Under the pieces are notes generated by a model. That model saw only the letters and a program-made list of their open reading frames with translations, did no database searches and was not told where the DNA came from. This document shows, one piece after another, positions 24,601 through 38,700 of a DNA stretch of 64,000 nucleotides; position 1 is the first letter of the stretch; every line of letters starts with the position of its first letter. The DNA comes from Lama guanicoe (lineage: Eukaryota). The stretch lies in the NCBI GenBank assembly GCA_013239625.1, contig MU054391.1, forward strand, positions 3,439,130-3,503,129. Direction: 5' to 3'. Both the position numbers and the translations under genes were made by a program.

Positions 24601-25327
24601 TTTCTATATTTCAAAATCTCACATTCCAGTGGAACTCTGGGCAGAGGGATCATGTGATCAGCCAGAACCACCTCCCACTCCCCTGGATACTAGACAAGTC
24701 AAGGATTCTGGGGTCCATAGGAGAAGAGCAATTCAGAGGGAAAGTAAAGAAGCTAAATGCTGGCTGTTCCCTGCACAGTGACCCCACTGCCTTCCTTCTC
24801 CCCCTCTATGTTAAGTTTTGGTTGCAGAATGAAAAAATTGGTTTGAATGACTAATAGAAAAGTGGCCGCATGTTTCGGCCCTTAGTAAAACCAAGCAGGA
24901 GCAAGAACCATGAATCCCTTGCCCCCAGAAAATTGAGAGCGGAATAAATGGCCTGTAGTGTGTTTAGATTTAGCAGATGACCCTGAGAGCCTCAGAGAAC
25001 AGCAAAATCAACCCAGAGAATAATCAATGTCCAAAGAGAATAGTTTTTCATAGCATCTAAAGGTCTAGAAAATAAAGAATGCTTTCTCTTTTTTGAAAAA
25101 AAAAGCATGGATATGACAAAAAGAGTTAATAACATTTAAGTAAATCCCTGCAGGGAACAAGAAAGAGCACAACAGAGCCCAGAAGACCAAGTGGGAATAA
25201 GGGTATTGCAAGTAGATGCCAGTACAGAGGAAGGTGGCCAAGGATCAGACAATCTTGCACTCCTGCCTCTGTGGGACTTCCTAAAGCTGGCAGAAATTAG
25301 ATGCAACTCTCACAAGATTAAGGTTTT

Positions 25328-25457
25328 TTTAACCAATTTTTTTAGTTTTTTTTTTTTTAAGCATAGTTGATTTCCAATATTGTGTTAGTTTCCAGCACAC
25401 AGTATAGTGATTCAGTGTTTTTATGTATGTATATTTTTTCATGTCTTTTTCATTTAG
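25328..25457 (-). mobile_element. Very short L1 3'-end insertion with TSD
   Basis: Poly-T, then 'agcatagttgatttccaatattgtgttagtttc...agtgattcagt'. Flanks agattaaggtttt (25315-27) and agattaagttttt (25458-70). Confidence 0.8.
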
Positions 25458-28094
25458 AGATTAAGTTTTTAATATGTTTGCTGAATACAAGCATACAGTC
25501 AAAATTAAACTAAGTTAAGGGGCAAAGATATTTACATTCCTACACACCTGATTTTGACTGAGGATTGTCAATCTACATTTGCATTCACTCCTCAAAGCTG
25601 CCTTCTGAGACAGGTTCATCAACTATTACCATTACCCGTTTAAAGAGAGAAAACTAAAGTTTACCATGATAACAATTTTCCTGTGATTACACAAGTACAT
25701 GTGGAAAAGCCAAGATCTGAACCCAGACTGTCTGATTCTAGAGCCCTCCCTTTTATCCAGTACCCTAGACCACCTCCTTAGCCAGGTGCCAGGTCAGCTC
25801 TGCCCCTTGGATTTGCTCCAAAGCATTTATTTATGCATAATGTCTCCTTCCCCATAACTATGTTTAGTCCTCAGGCTTTCACAATCCTTTGCTGACGTAA
25901 TTGTGACAACCTTACACTTCAAGTTTCTGATATCCCTTCTACAGATTTCTTGCTCTCATCCTGCTCTCTCCCATTGAGAAGATACGTTACGGTGAGTACA
26001 ACATTATAATTTCATGTTAATCATTCACTGAAGTAATTAAATCTTTGGTTGTTTAAATATCCTTTCAGTTTCAATTACTATTGTTTATTACTGTTATTAT
26101 TACTACCACCAAGTTCCAACAGTTAGAGAAAGCAGATCCCGTGGGTGTTGATCAGGGCACTACTGCATTCTAATTGAATGGCTTTGTGATGGCCTCATTT
26201 GTCCTTCTTTCCTTGGTTCTGTTTGCACCAAACAAATACTTGAGCGTGTGTGCTTCCATGACATCTTCAAATAAAAATGTTCCCTAAAGAGACTGGAAAT
26301 TCTTAATAATATATAGTTTCGACAAAAGATATGTGTGCATTAATGGAGCATGTCAGGCTCCATACTATCATGGGATGAGCTCAATTTATTCACCCAGGCT
26401 GAGACTTGGGGTTTGTTGTGTATGGAGACCACGTCTACCAGCTTCAGAGGTGCACATAGAGTCCTAAGTGTTTCCTTCAGCTACATGTCCCCAGGTCCAT
26501 TCCCGCGAGTTTCTGGCTCAGTGACTTTGGAGTTGAGTTCAGGGACAGTTACTAGGAGTAGGGGTGCAGGGTGGCCTCCACAGATGATCCCAGTGTGTAT
26601 CTCTGCTTTAGGAATCACTGTCCAGGCAGGGCTGAGACCACCTCATGGCAGGGCCTCCTCTCTTCAGAGACATCCTGAGGTGCGGTGGATCAGTCCTGTC
26701 ATGAGTATACGACATGATGCTTTATTCAGGGTCCTAACTTCAAAAAAGTCTGAAAATGTAAAGGACATTTTGGAACCCATTTGACAGCAACACCTGACCT
26801 CAGCTTGCCTGAGACTATGTATAGTCCTTATTCATCTCTCTCAGGGCGGATGTGGGTATGTTTTCCTGCAGAAATAAAAATTAAAAGCTAAAAAAATTAA
26901 AAATGAATAAGTAAAGTGTTTGAACACAGAATGCTACACCAGAACTCACAGAAGGGTTGGGGGGTAGGTTCCAAAACACAGGAATTAATATCTGGAAGTC
27001 TGCCCAGGCTCCCAGGTAAGCAATTGCAGCCTGGTGTCTGCTAACAATTAGAGCCCTCCCCTCTACGTTATTGATAACACCCTCTGTCTGAGAAAATTCA
27101 CGCATTATCTTGAAAAGACAAATCAGTGAAACAGACCATTTCCAGGTGACTGCTGCTTCTGCGGGAATCTCCACGGATGTTCGGGTGTTTTTAAACCAGG
27201 AGTTTTATGTTTATTTGTTTTGCTTATTTGACTATGAAAATTAAAGAATTTAATACCCTGCTGCCTACTAAAAACAGTTTGTATTTCAAATTAAATTTTT
27301 AATAGTGAAAAGTTTCACCTGGTTTGTGCTCTGAGATTCAAGTTAATATGGTTTGCATATGAACCCAAAAGAAAAGCGTAAAATCTTTCCAAACTAGTCT
27401 ATTAAGAGCTGTGCCACAAAGAGATAACAGACGTACCGTGGCCGCCATTCCTGGTCCAGGCAAATCCTAGGACTCATTTTCTTCAATAGTCACTTGAGTA
27501 AAATGAGCACATTTACCATTTGGAAGCCAATTAAACCATCAGAAACAACCCAGATTCACCACGATCATCTGTTAGAAGTGCTGATCGTCTCTAGTGTGAC
27601 TCTGTCTTTAAAACGGCCTTTCAAAATTTAAATGCAAATCCATATTGTATAAATGCACTTAAAATGTGCTCCTTTGCTCAGTGAAGGGTGACAATGAAAA
27701 GAAACCCCAAGGGTGACACTGGAAAGATACTGATACAGGTTTTATGGTTTGAAAACACAAATGAATAGCAGTTTGTTGAAATTTCCTAGGGACACTATTC
27801 GATGTACATTTATACATATATATGTATATATATTTAGGTATATATGTACAAAGTATGTAATATGTTGTGTCTGTGTATGTGTGTAGTTATCACTAGAATT
27901 TATCAGTAGGGTGCCAGTAAAATGTAAATTCTGGTTTGTTTGTATTTTAAAACTTCAGAAATAATATGGTTCAAGTTTAAGAAACCTTCAAGAATTGACT
28001 AAAGACTAAGGCAAGTAAAATTTTAAAAATTTAAGTCTGAAATGTAAATATTCCCTAAGGGCACATTAGAAAATGTATTTATGGCATGAACGAT

Positions 28095-28290
28095 ATTTTC
28101 ATTGAGGTAACTTTGATTTACAACATTACATAAGTTTTAGACATACAGCATATTTCTACTTCTGTGTATGCTGCCACGTGCTCACCACCAAAAATTTCAT
28201 TTCCACCCATCACCATCAAGTTGAGCCCCTTCACCCGTTTTGCGCCCCCCTCCTCCTCTGGTAACTCTGCACTGTGTGTCTGTGTGTTCG
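28095..28290 (-). mobile_element. L1 3' end (L1MA9/laurasiatherian type)
   Basis: 'attgaggtaactttgatttacaacattacataagttt...gtgctcaccaccaaaa...ccccttcacccgttttgc...ctctggtaac'. Confidence 0.75.
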
Positions 28291-29662
28291 TTAGGCGGAT
28301 GTTTTACAGGCACACATTCTAGGATGCCCTAATGAGCGGGTGAGAGGTCGCTACCCATCGAGGACATTGTTAAGAAGGGGAGTTCCAGCTGCCTTTTTTT
28401 TAATCTTTATTTGCCGATGCCTCAACCTGTTAAAAAAAATGAAAATCACTAATTCTATAGAGTACTGTCCACAAATCAGACTTTGTAGATTTAAGTTTTC
28501 TCATTTTCTCTGACCAGCTTGTGACTGTTTAATCTTAGGAAGATTAGAGATGATTTGAGTAATTTGTACCTTTTAGAATAATCGACTGCTAATGTTAAAA
28601 AAGGCATTTTTTTTCTAAAATACAAATTTTTGTGGCATCAAGAGGGAAACATACTTGCTTCTTCCTCAGCATAAGGCAAGGAGGGCTCTAAATGTAAGTA
28701 GTTTTGATTGTGAGTGAAAAAGACACCATCTGCCAATAGGCGTCATTCACTGAACTGAGATAGAAAGCGAGGTATGTGTTTGTTTTAATGATTTCATAAT
28801 TTTATACGAATCTGTCTTGTTATCAGGCTCACACCCTGGGATTAATATCAATGTATTAATAAAATGTTAATAATATATGCAATAATTATATTTTATGTAA
28901 GTTATTAATGTTATATAACATTGGGTTTTAATCCATTTTCCCATTTCTCTTCATAAATACACCATTTTATGAAAGGTTCTTCTATAGATTTGAAATAGAT
29001 TTGCTCTGTCTGACCCCAGAAGGAGCACTAGAATGAAGTGAAATAAACTAACATTTTTCAATGACCTAATGTTTTCTAGGCATTTTAAATACACGTCTGA
29101 TTTAGCATTCACTATAGCTTCATAAGGTAAGCGGTTTACTCGCGTTTACAGATGAGGAAGGTGAATCTCCGGAGGAAGGCACGGCCACTCCAAAGCCACG
29201 TGCCCAGCACGTGCTCGAGACAAGACCAGAACCAGACTGGAAGACGTTAGGCAAGGAGGTTCTCAGTCCAGCTGAAAAGAAGTTGCTTGTCACGGGAGCT
29301 GTCACTGGGGTGGCTGCAGTTAGTGACGGCCGATCACACGGGTGACACTTCAACGGAGGTTCAACATACACGTTTACTCTTGAGAAGAATTTCCTTTCCT
29401 CCCCCATCTGATAGACGTCTCTCATCCTTCAAAGCCTAGCTCAGTCACCTCCTCTGAGGATGCACTCCTGACTTGTCTGGAGCCTTTGTCTAGCAGGAAA
29501 TAGAAGCTTGTCTTCACCTCTGCAGTTCATGTTGCATCACACGGCACGTGTTGACACTAGAATGCACACGATTTTTCTATTCCAGTTGTCTTGAGTGGAG
29601 TGTTTTTCACTTGGTAAGGACTTAAATGACATTAGTTAATAGAATGAATATTCAAGAATCAA

Positions 29663-29704
29663 TTTATTAGTCAGACTTTTCCAGGGAAACAGAACCTGTG
29701 TGTA

Positions 29705-29776
<72 letters not shown>

Positions 29777-30178
29777 AAATATACATATATATATATAAAG
29801 AGAAATTTATTTTAAAGAATTGCCTCGTGATTGTGTGAGCTGGCAAGTCTGAAATCTAAAGGGGAGTACCAACAGGCTGGGCATTCTGGCAGGAGCTGAC
29901 TTTGGCGGGGGTTTATGCTGCAGTCTTGGGCCCAAAGCAGGTCTAAGGGCAGAATCCCTTTCTCTTAGGGGAATCTCAGTCTCTTCTCTAAGACCTTCAA
30001 CTGATTGGATAAGGCCCACTCACACAATGAAGTGTAATCTGCTTTACTCAATATCTAATGATTTAAATGTTAATCACATAGAAAAAAAAACCTTCAAAAC
30101 AACATCTAGACTGGTGTTTGGGCAATCTACTAGGCACCCTAGCCTAGGCAGGTTGACACATAAAATTAAACCATCACA
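29663..30178 (-). mobile_element. MLT2 solo LTR, near full length
   Basis: 'tattagtcag...gaaacagaacc...gctggcaagtctgaaatct...agaccttcaactgattggataaggcccac...aggttgacacataaaattaaaccatcaca'. Confidence 0.9.
29697..29797. repeat. Compound microsatellite (TG)n(TA)n(GA)n(TA)n
   Basis: Directly visible in the sequence. Confidence 0.95.
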
Positions 30179-33100
30179 ATGAGTAAAGGATGTCAAACTC
30201 GTGCGGTAATACCTAGCCGTGAGTTTCCCAAACCAGTGAAATTCCATATATCATAAAATTAGAGCTAGCTGATGTGATTGTATACTTTCTTATTTTGCCA
30301 AATGAAGAAATTAAGCATAAAACATTATAACATTCAATTTAAAAGCACCAAAAAAAGCCCAAACAAACAAAAATGGAAACTGACTTAATAGAATAAAAAA
30401 TACTTGAAACATGGATTTAAAAACATACTACCAGTGCATTTAACCATGTTTAAACAGTGTATTTAAACTAGTGCCAGTTTACTGGCCACATTTTAGGGCT
30501 TTCCACGCTGAGATTATGTGATTCTAACCTTCTGACGCTTTGCACAAGGACTAAGGCGGGGCGGCTAAAGGCACACCCCTGCCCCTCCGTCGCCCTGCCT
30601 GCCCTCCTTGTGCTGTTCCCTCCCTGGTGATGCTCTTACGCTCTTACTTCCTTCCCCTCAATGCGTCCACTAACCACCTGAGGCTCCTGTGGGGACAATT
30701 GTCTCACTTAAGCCCTATCACTTGCAATACTTTTGTCTCCAAATAACAGTAAAACGAATTCAAGCAGGCTTCTGCCATGAGAAGTGGCACAGTGTGAAAC
30801 TGAAATGTAAGGTGGGTTTCCACATTAACCTGATCCAGTAGCTCTGGTTCAAGATGTCTTCATCTTTGTCCCTTTCTGTCGGCCAGTAAGCTGGTAGCAA
30901 GACAGCTGACGTCGTCTTTAGCCTTGTGTTTACGTAACACACCACCACAAGAAATCCAGGAGAGGTCACTTCCAGGAGGTCCTAGCAAGATAAAGAGAGA
31001 CCCTCCAGAAGCACCCGTAAGGATTCCTGGCTGTCATCACTGGCCCACACTGGGTCTCATGCCTGTTCCTCCTACTAGTTAGTGAAGTGGAATTATCCTT
31101 CAATCAGTCTAGCTCACTCCAAGGACACCTTCCTTGGGGACACACGAGATCTTATGAAAATGAGTAGATTCTAAAAGCAAGTTGAGGTTCTGGTTGGAAG
31201 GGAGAAAGAGGAAGTGTTTGCCGCATCAAGTAACAATGTCCACCAAAGTCTGTCCTGTTACTCCCCCAGGATTCCCACACCTGCTGCTTTGCACACACTC
31301 CCTTCCAGGAAGGCTTACACACCTAGACAAAGGCACTCATCTCTTTTCAAAACTTAGGCCACCCGAAGCCTTATTCACTAGGTCCGGTTGGAAGTCTAGG
31401 CCACTTCGGTCCTGTGCTTTCTTCATTAGGTCCTAATGCCTAGAGACCCCTGATTATAATAAATGATGGATCACTGGGACAGTTCACATGCATGACGGGG
31501 AAAAAAATAGGGTAACTATAAACAACCCCAAGCCTCCTATTTGGAAAGGGGAGTACTGGTCACTGACCTGGAGCATCAAGCCCGTACCGAGGAGTGACTG
31601 CAGCAAGGACTCTGCCTGCTTAGAGAGCTCTGGGCCAGCTTCCAGGAGCAACATCCCTTCTCCACTGCATCTGTGGCCGTATCTTTGCCGACAATGGAAG
31701 GTGTTCCTTTGGGGAACTATCCCCCATCGTTGCAGTTTTGCAGCACAGAGGTTGTCTTAGGTTGAGTGACCATAGGCCTCTTCTAGCCAAGCTCTGGCCC
31801 CTGTAAGTACAGCTTCAGATCTCCCCGAAGGACCTTACCTAGCACTGTAACCTAACACATTTCCTGATCAGAGTTTTGAGGGTGGACTTTTCCTGTCTGC
31901 TAGCAACAATATTCTGCTCACTGTCCATCCCTTGATGCCTTAGAGCAATACTTGCTAATTTCATCTTGGCCCCTGTCTTTAGCCATTTTGAAAAATCTGG
32001 CCTTGAGTGAAAAAATATCCCTCTTGAATCCAGACTGCTTCTCAGGTGGATCTTAACAATGAGGATGAGCATGATTTTACTTTTCACAGCAGAGAACCCT
32101 AAATTGGGGTAGAGAGGGTAAGGGGCTGGGGGAAGAACTGGAGGAGACATTTACACGACCTGGTGATGGTTACTATTACTATCGTAATGTTTTCCATAAA
32201 AACAGATACAAAATGTTGAATCACACCATTCATAGACAACGATGGTCTTATTTTGGAACGTCATGGAGCTTTTCTTTTTCCTTCTTAAGATTACTTCTTT
32301 GCGTAGGTTCTTATTGACAACTGCAAGGGGCAGCCAACATAGTCCAAAACCCAGGTACTTTTCCCTCCACGCCCCTTAATACAACCGTCAGCGGTCATCA
32401 CAGACTAGAGTTTGGCCAAGTGTGTTGCTTTGACATAGGAAAGACTCCCAATGGTCTGGTCCAGGAGAAATTAAAAAAAAAAAAAGAAAAAAAGATTCCT
32501 TACCAGCTAAATCCTGCCTCCTTCACCTGCCCCTATTTTAGAGCCTGTTACTTGCAGCAATTCATTTCCAGTTACCAAATCACGTTGGACGTAAGCAACA
32601 GAAAAAAGAACATGGCTACTCTTTTCACCAAACACCTCGTAAGAGCAACGTTCTAGGAAATACAGTTTGGAAACACTAGTTGAACGCAAAACAGTAAATA
32701 GAGCAACGATGTATTTGGAAGGAGTGATTTTAGGTTACGGGATAGAACTTCACAGCTACACTCTGCTGCCGCTCATTAACGCAAGGGTTTCCTTTCACAG
32801 TCAGGTGAGTAAGTAATTAAAGAAGGAAAAATGGTTATTTTCTATCACACATATCTGTACTTAGAGGGCACAGAGATTCAAATTTGAGTGTACAACACTA
32901 GGAACTTGCCGTTTTTTTATTAGTGTTTTAGAGCTCTGTCTCCAATTTGGCAAGATAAACATCTCCTTTTTTTGTTCATCTTCAGATGTTAGAATCTCAG
33001 TGTACACACTTGTTCTAAAATCAATCTTATGGCATATTTTCTACTTGAATTGTTTTAAAGAGGCTACAGTAACTAATTCGCAGATTTGACTTTAAAATCC

Positions 33101-34044
33101 TGTGCACGTCAGCCTCTTTCTATGATGACTCACTGACATCTTGGACAGTCTAACTTCCATTAAAAAATTACATGTATTGCATTTAAAATATGCCGTGGAT
33201 AGATAAGCTCTTTCTTGTCTCCCCTCATCAATTTTTATAGGTCTGCCAGTGCAGCACAGATCTGATACTCCTAGATTATTTAAAATCCCTAAATATCCCC
33301 TGAAATATGAGAATGTAAGATTGTTGTTGGTAGAATTTATGAATTTTCCCTGGAAATTTATGTCACAGATGCAGTATTGAGACTTTTTAGCCCTTTGCCT
33401 TGACTTTCCTGTGAGCTCTGTCCTGAGCTCTCGGTGAATATATTTATCTTAGTTTGTCGGAAAAGGCACTCCGGGATCTGCAATTCGAACCTGATGACGG
33501 ATGGATCATTGAAACTGGCTTTTAAAAGTGACATTTTGGTTAAAAGTCATTTCAACAAAGAAAAACAGGTTTTAGAAAGTGCGGACGTATTCAATAAAAT
33601 TCTAGATGTTGGCCTTGGCTGGCGGTCACAGAATCCCACACCAGCGATATTTTTGAAATTCTCCAGCCTGGTTGAGAGCTAAGTGTCTTGTTCCAGAAGC
33701 ACAGGGGCTGCTGTCCTCACAAACGTCTTTTCGTAGCATCAGAGGAAACCAAATCCCATGACCAAAACCCCCCGCTTTCAGTTTGGAATATAGTCTGTCC
33801 CTGTGGAGATCCTCTCTTGAGCCATAATCTTTCTATTGAGATGCAAAAATGTGCTTCACATGGTGTCGAGAGGATAAACACCCCAGCGATGGATCACCAA
33901 CTGATTAATTTCAGTAAACCTAAGCTGAAAAGAGGCAGAAGAAAGCCACTGTTCACCTTCCATCTGCAGAACAAGTAGCCTTAAGAACACAGCTTGGCCT
34001 CCGCAGAGCAAGCTTAGGTAGCTGAAAGATACCCCCACATTCTG

Positions 34045-34130
34045 AAATACATGTATGTATACGTGTGGCTGAAACATGACGCTGTACACCAGAAACCGAC
34101 CCAACGCTGTAAGCTGACTACCCTTAAAAA
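34045..34130 (+). mobile_element. Short L1 3'-terminal fragment, same family as 45964-46084
   Basis: 'ctgaaacatgacgctgtacaccagaaaccgacccaacgctgtaagctgactac' is similar to 46000-46055. Confidence 0.7.
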
Positions 34131-36789
34131 GTGTACCTTTAGTCTCCATAACTTTTCTGATTGCTTTACATGTAATCCATGGAAATTATTGGATGAGAAT
34201 GAACAGGTTATTTCATAAAACATCTCTTTGATGTAAATTACTGTAAGACTTTGACAGAACATGGGAGCCACACCCAGACGTACACTAAAGTCAACGTGAG
34301 TGCACGATCAATGAGCAGATGTGGGAAGGAAATGGAGACTTGGAGGCGGGAACGAGGAAAGGTGAAATAGGACCGCAGAAAGAGAGAATTAAAACAGACC
34401 TGAAGAAGAGAGGACAATGGAGAAGGGAAGGAGCGAAGACCAGGAAAATGAAAGGCAAGAAGTATGGTAAGTTTGACTAGACTGTGCATCCATGTGGGCT
34501 CAGCTGCCCCGCCCCCAGCCCTCTGAGAAGGTAATTTTCTGACAGTTCCCAGCTCTTAAATGACTCTCTCTTCCTCCAATCTTTAGAGACTCACGAGTAG
34601 AATAACTAGTGCCGCCCTCAGGAAGAAAACTGGTTTCTGTGCTGTAACATCAGCGACCAGAATTATGACCACCTAGAGACCAAGCCGAAGGCGGGACCTG
34701 GCTCCCAGGTCAGAAGTTCAGCATCTCCATCCGGCGCAGCCTCAGACGCGGCCGAGGTGAGAGCACGCACTCCCCCGCCCCAGGACCACCACTGACCACA
34801 CGTACTGAAAACTGGCCTCAGAATGACTCTCCGTCCAGAAAAGAGGCATGGCTTTTCTCCAGTGCATTTGTTTTTAATGTTTAACAAGCTGACAGGAACG
34901 ATTACTCAAAGACTAACGGCTGACTTACTGCTTAGTCCAACACAAACAAATCGTCACCCGGCTGTCAGGACCTCCACAGCGTCCATTCTGCTAAAAATGC
35001 TTAATGCGTCTCCCGCCTCTGCGTGCAGTGAGATGCCCTCTCAAATCCGTCATTGTCCCCCAAAAAGCAGCTAGTTGCTGTATTTTTATTAAAAGGTGGG
35101 AGGACAGGCTTTCCACAAAGGTGCGTTCTGGGAAACAAACACAAAAAGCAGGGTGAGTTTAGAATGCTCATAACCAGGTCACCATCTGCTTCCATCCCTT
35201 AAGCAGATCAAGGATCTCCTCTGAGCCATTGACGCTCCCAGCTACATTGTCTGTGAAGATGCTGTGCCCTCCAGCATTAGACGTTCAGAAAAAGGAAATC
35301 CAACTGCAGTCCATGTGAGGAACCATTCTGGAACACATCACTGGACCAAACTGCAGCCCTCCTAGAAGAAGCACATTTTTTTTTCAAGTGTTCGCTGAGT
35401 ATAAAGCTAGTTCAAGTTTCCAACGATTTAATGTTGATATTCCTTTAAAGTCTAGGGTAGGATTCCCAGCAGGCTTGGGCGTGGAAACAAAGGAGGATTA
35501 GATGTTCTGGTTTCCTATTCATGAAGCTCCGAAGGGGGTATGGGCACCTTGTCGTTCCTGACCTGAGTGTGAGAGCTGGCCCCGCTCCCCTCTCTCAGGC
35601 TCCCGTTTTCCTGCCTTCACGCCCCCCTGAGACACTAAACAGAGTCACCAAGCCCCCCGGAGCGGGCTGCAGCGTCTGCCTTCACAGCTGTCCCGGGCGC
35701 TCAGAGTATCTCAGCAGCTTAGGGCAGATCAGGGAAAGTCACTTTTGATGATCATATTAGGAGAGTCAGCCGCCATCAGAGACGAACCTGGGCGGCCCAG
35801 ACCTGCTGGGTCCCCAGGGGGCCCCACGCCTGACTTCCCAGCCTTTGATTAATGGATGGTATTAGCAATTAGGAGAATGGTGCCCTTCCAAGGCAATTTT
35901 GTCTTTGGCTCAAAGGTAATGAAGAGTAAACAAGAAGCTGAGATAAACTCAGCCAGACAAGACTCAGATGCCCTGCCCCCACCCACATCACCACGATTCT
36001 TCGTTTCAGCGGTGCTGAATACTCAGCCCACCAAAGGGGCCAAACAGCCCATTTGTTTGCAAGGGCTGATTAATAATTCTGCACTTTTGACTCAGCTGAG
36101 TGTTTTCTTTGCATTTGTCCAGGTATTTGAAGAAGATAAGCATTAAATGACAGCTTAAAAGGTACTAAACAGACATACATACACACACACCCTATCGCAT
36201 CCACCTTCGATGTCCTTCAGACTGGCACACTCACACCAACCGAGGCAACAAATGATTCTGTTTACCTTTCAAAAAATGTCCTGCAGTCATTTGGATCTGT
36301 TAAATTTTTTCATTAAATCAGTGCCTGTGAGTCAGGCGAGGGAGAGAAAGATATAAAATGTTAACTAAGGCTAGCATCCACGTGGGCATGCTTTGTCTTC
36401 AATTTGTCTTTCAGTTAAGGGCCAGAGATGAAATTTCATCTCTCAGAGTTAAGGTCAGACACCTCCCCCTTGTGGTTAAATGTAACTGGATCAGTCCTGT
36501 TAGAACCCTAGTCAGGCGTTCTGCTTCCACAGGTAGGTCACTTGACAAGAGCTGAACGGCATTTGTGTCATTATCACCAATAGCATTGTCCTCAAGTGAG
36601 AATGAATCATAACCAATAAAGGCCCTTGACACTACTGAAAAATAATTAAGAATGGAAAGATATTTATACTTGTAAACATACATCTAATGTCCCCTGGAAA
36701 AGTCAGTGTTCCGTTGGCTATATTATTATAGGTGGTTGTTTCAATTATTTTTAAAATTTTTGTGTACCATATATAAGAAAAGGAAAGGA

Positions 36790-37500
36790 TAAAATATTCA
36801 AGAATATATAAAAAGCATCTACAGATCAATGAAAGAAAATATTCACAAGCTAACAGAAACTGAGCAAAACAAATGAACAGGCAATACATGAAGAAAAAAA
36901 TTTATGGCCAATTAATACAGAAAAAGAAGATTAACATCATTTAGTGGTCAAATGAAAACAAATTAGAACTATAATTAAGTATTATTTTTTAATCCAATAT
37001 ATTGGAAAAGTTTTTAAAGTGTTGCAAAAACGTGTGAAACTGGCAGGATCACAATCTTGATGGGAGTACAAGCTGGTAGAACTTTTACTAAATACTGATT
37101 GTCCATACCCACCAACAATGTGACTTTTGTTTGATCTAGTAATTGGATTTCTAGGAAACTGTTTTTGCAAGGACATTCCCAAAAAGTTAAATTTTTAAAT
37201 ATAAGGATATTTATTGCCACACTTGGTACAGCAGTAAGTAGTATAAATGTGCATCAATAAGATAGTGGTAAAATGAACCATGGCAAACTCCATGGAATAA
37301 ACACACTCACACAGTTATTAGAAATGATGAGTTAATGGTGTATGTGCTGACCTAAAAATGCATATTCATATTTTAAAGCAAATATTAAGAAAGAGGTCTG
37401 TTTACTATGTCCCATTAATGTTATAAAACATGTGTGCACACGTTTATATTGTGTACGTAAATGTGTAACAGTATGTCAAACTACCCATGAGGTGGAGATG
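36790..37500 (+). mobile_element. Old L1ME-like fragment
   Basis: 'gcaaaacaaatgaacaggcaat...tgatgggagtacaagctggta...aaatgtgcatcaataagatagtggtaaaatgaaccatgg'. Confidence 0.65.
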
Positions 37501-38139
37501 GCAGGTGGCAGTGAAGGGAGTTTCATTCTGAGGGTCTAGTCAATATGCAAGCGTACTGACTGCGTGGTTGGACTGTGCTATATATTGCGTAACAAAAACA
37601 AAAGTATGAAAGGGGAAAAAGAGTGTTGTTAAGGGGGTAGGTGCCCTTACCAATTAAGGTTAAACAGAATTTTCCTGTGAGATTTAATCACATGGTTGTC
37701 GCATTACAAGTTTCAATCAGAAGAAGAAACATGCGCCAAGGGGTACAGCCATTTGATGTTTTCTTTCTCTTCATTGTCTCTTTCCTGGTGTCTCTCTTTC
37801 CACAGTACCCGAGTCATCACAGTATGTCCAACACTGGGTAAAAGAATAATTAAAAACAATGTCTGCCTTTATGCTGCTCGTAGACATTCAGAAACATCTG
37901 GGGGAACAATGTTTAATTGCTATTAGCAAATACCACACATTCCACAAAGGAACCAAAGATGTTTCAGTAACAGAAATACTGAGATCGCTCTGTTGGGACC
38001 AGGTGATGGGTAAACACATTTTTGAGAAGACGGTTCACGAGTGTCCCCGGGTGGCCATAACAGTGTGCAGCACATCCTGTCCTAGCAAACTGTTGACACT
38101 TTGCAGGTATGAAAATATCTCACTCCATCCTCATACCCA

Positions 38140-38700
38140 CTGATGGTCTCCCTGGGTGATGAATATAAGTCTAAAATCAACTTTACTCAGAATCGGGAAG
38201 GCATCATTCCATTTTCCTGCAGATCGCAGTGCTGCTGTTCTCAAGTCTACAATGTTCTGAATCTAAATGCTTTGTGAGTGACTTCCTTTTCCTCTCGGAG
38301 AGGTTTTAGGATCATTGTCTCTGAAAATGCCATAGATAGTGTGACTCAGTAAGGGATCTTTTTCCCTCCATTGTGCTGGATACCTTCAAATGTAAAACCC
38401 GTGGCCCTTGTTTCCTCTCAGAATTGTTCTTCTAGTGTTTCATTGAAGATTTTCTTCTCTCCTTTTCCTTTGATTTCTTTGTCCTTAGATGCTATTACTT
38501 GCGTGTTGTACCTTCTGGGCTGAGCCTTTAATTTTACAAACTTTGTTATAAACTGTCCCTTGAGCAAAAGTTCAACTTTCTGGGAAATTTCCTGATTTTC
38601 CTCTCTTCCATTCCTTCCACTGAATTATTATTATTATTTTAACTTCAAAGAGCTGCTTTTGATTCTTCCCTTTAAGTCTCTGGTTCATGGGAACATAAAG
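38140..38700 (-). mobile_element. Old L1/HAL1 ORF1-region fragment
   Basis: 'ctcagaatcgggaaggcatcattccattttcctgc...gtgctgctgttctcaagtct...tttttccctccattgtgctggata'. Confidence 0.5.
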
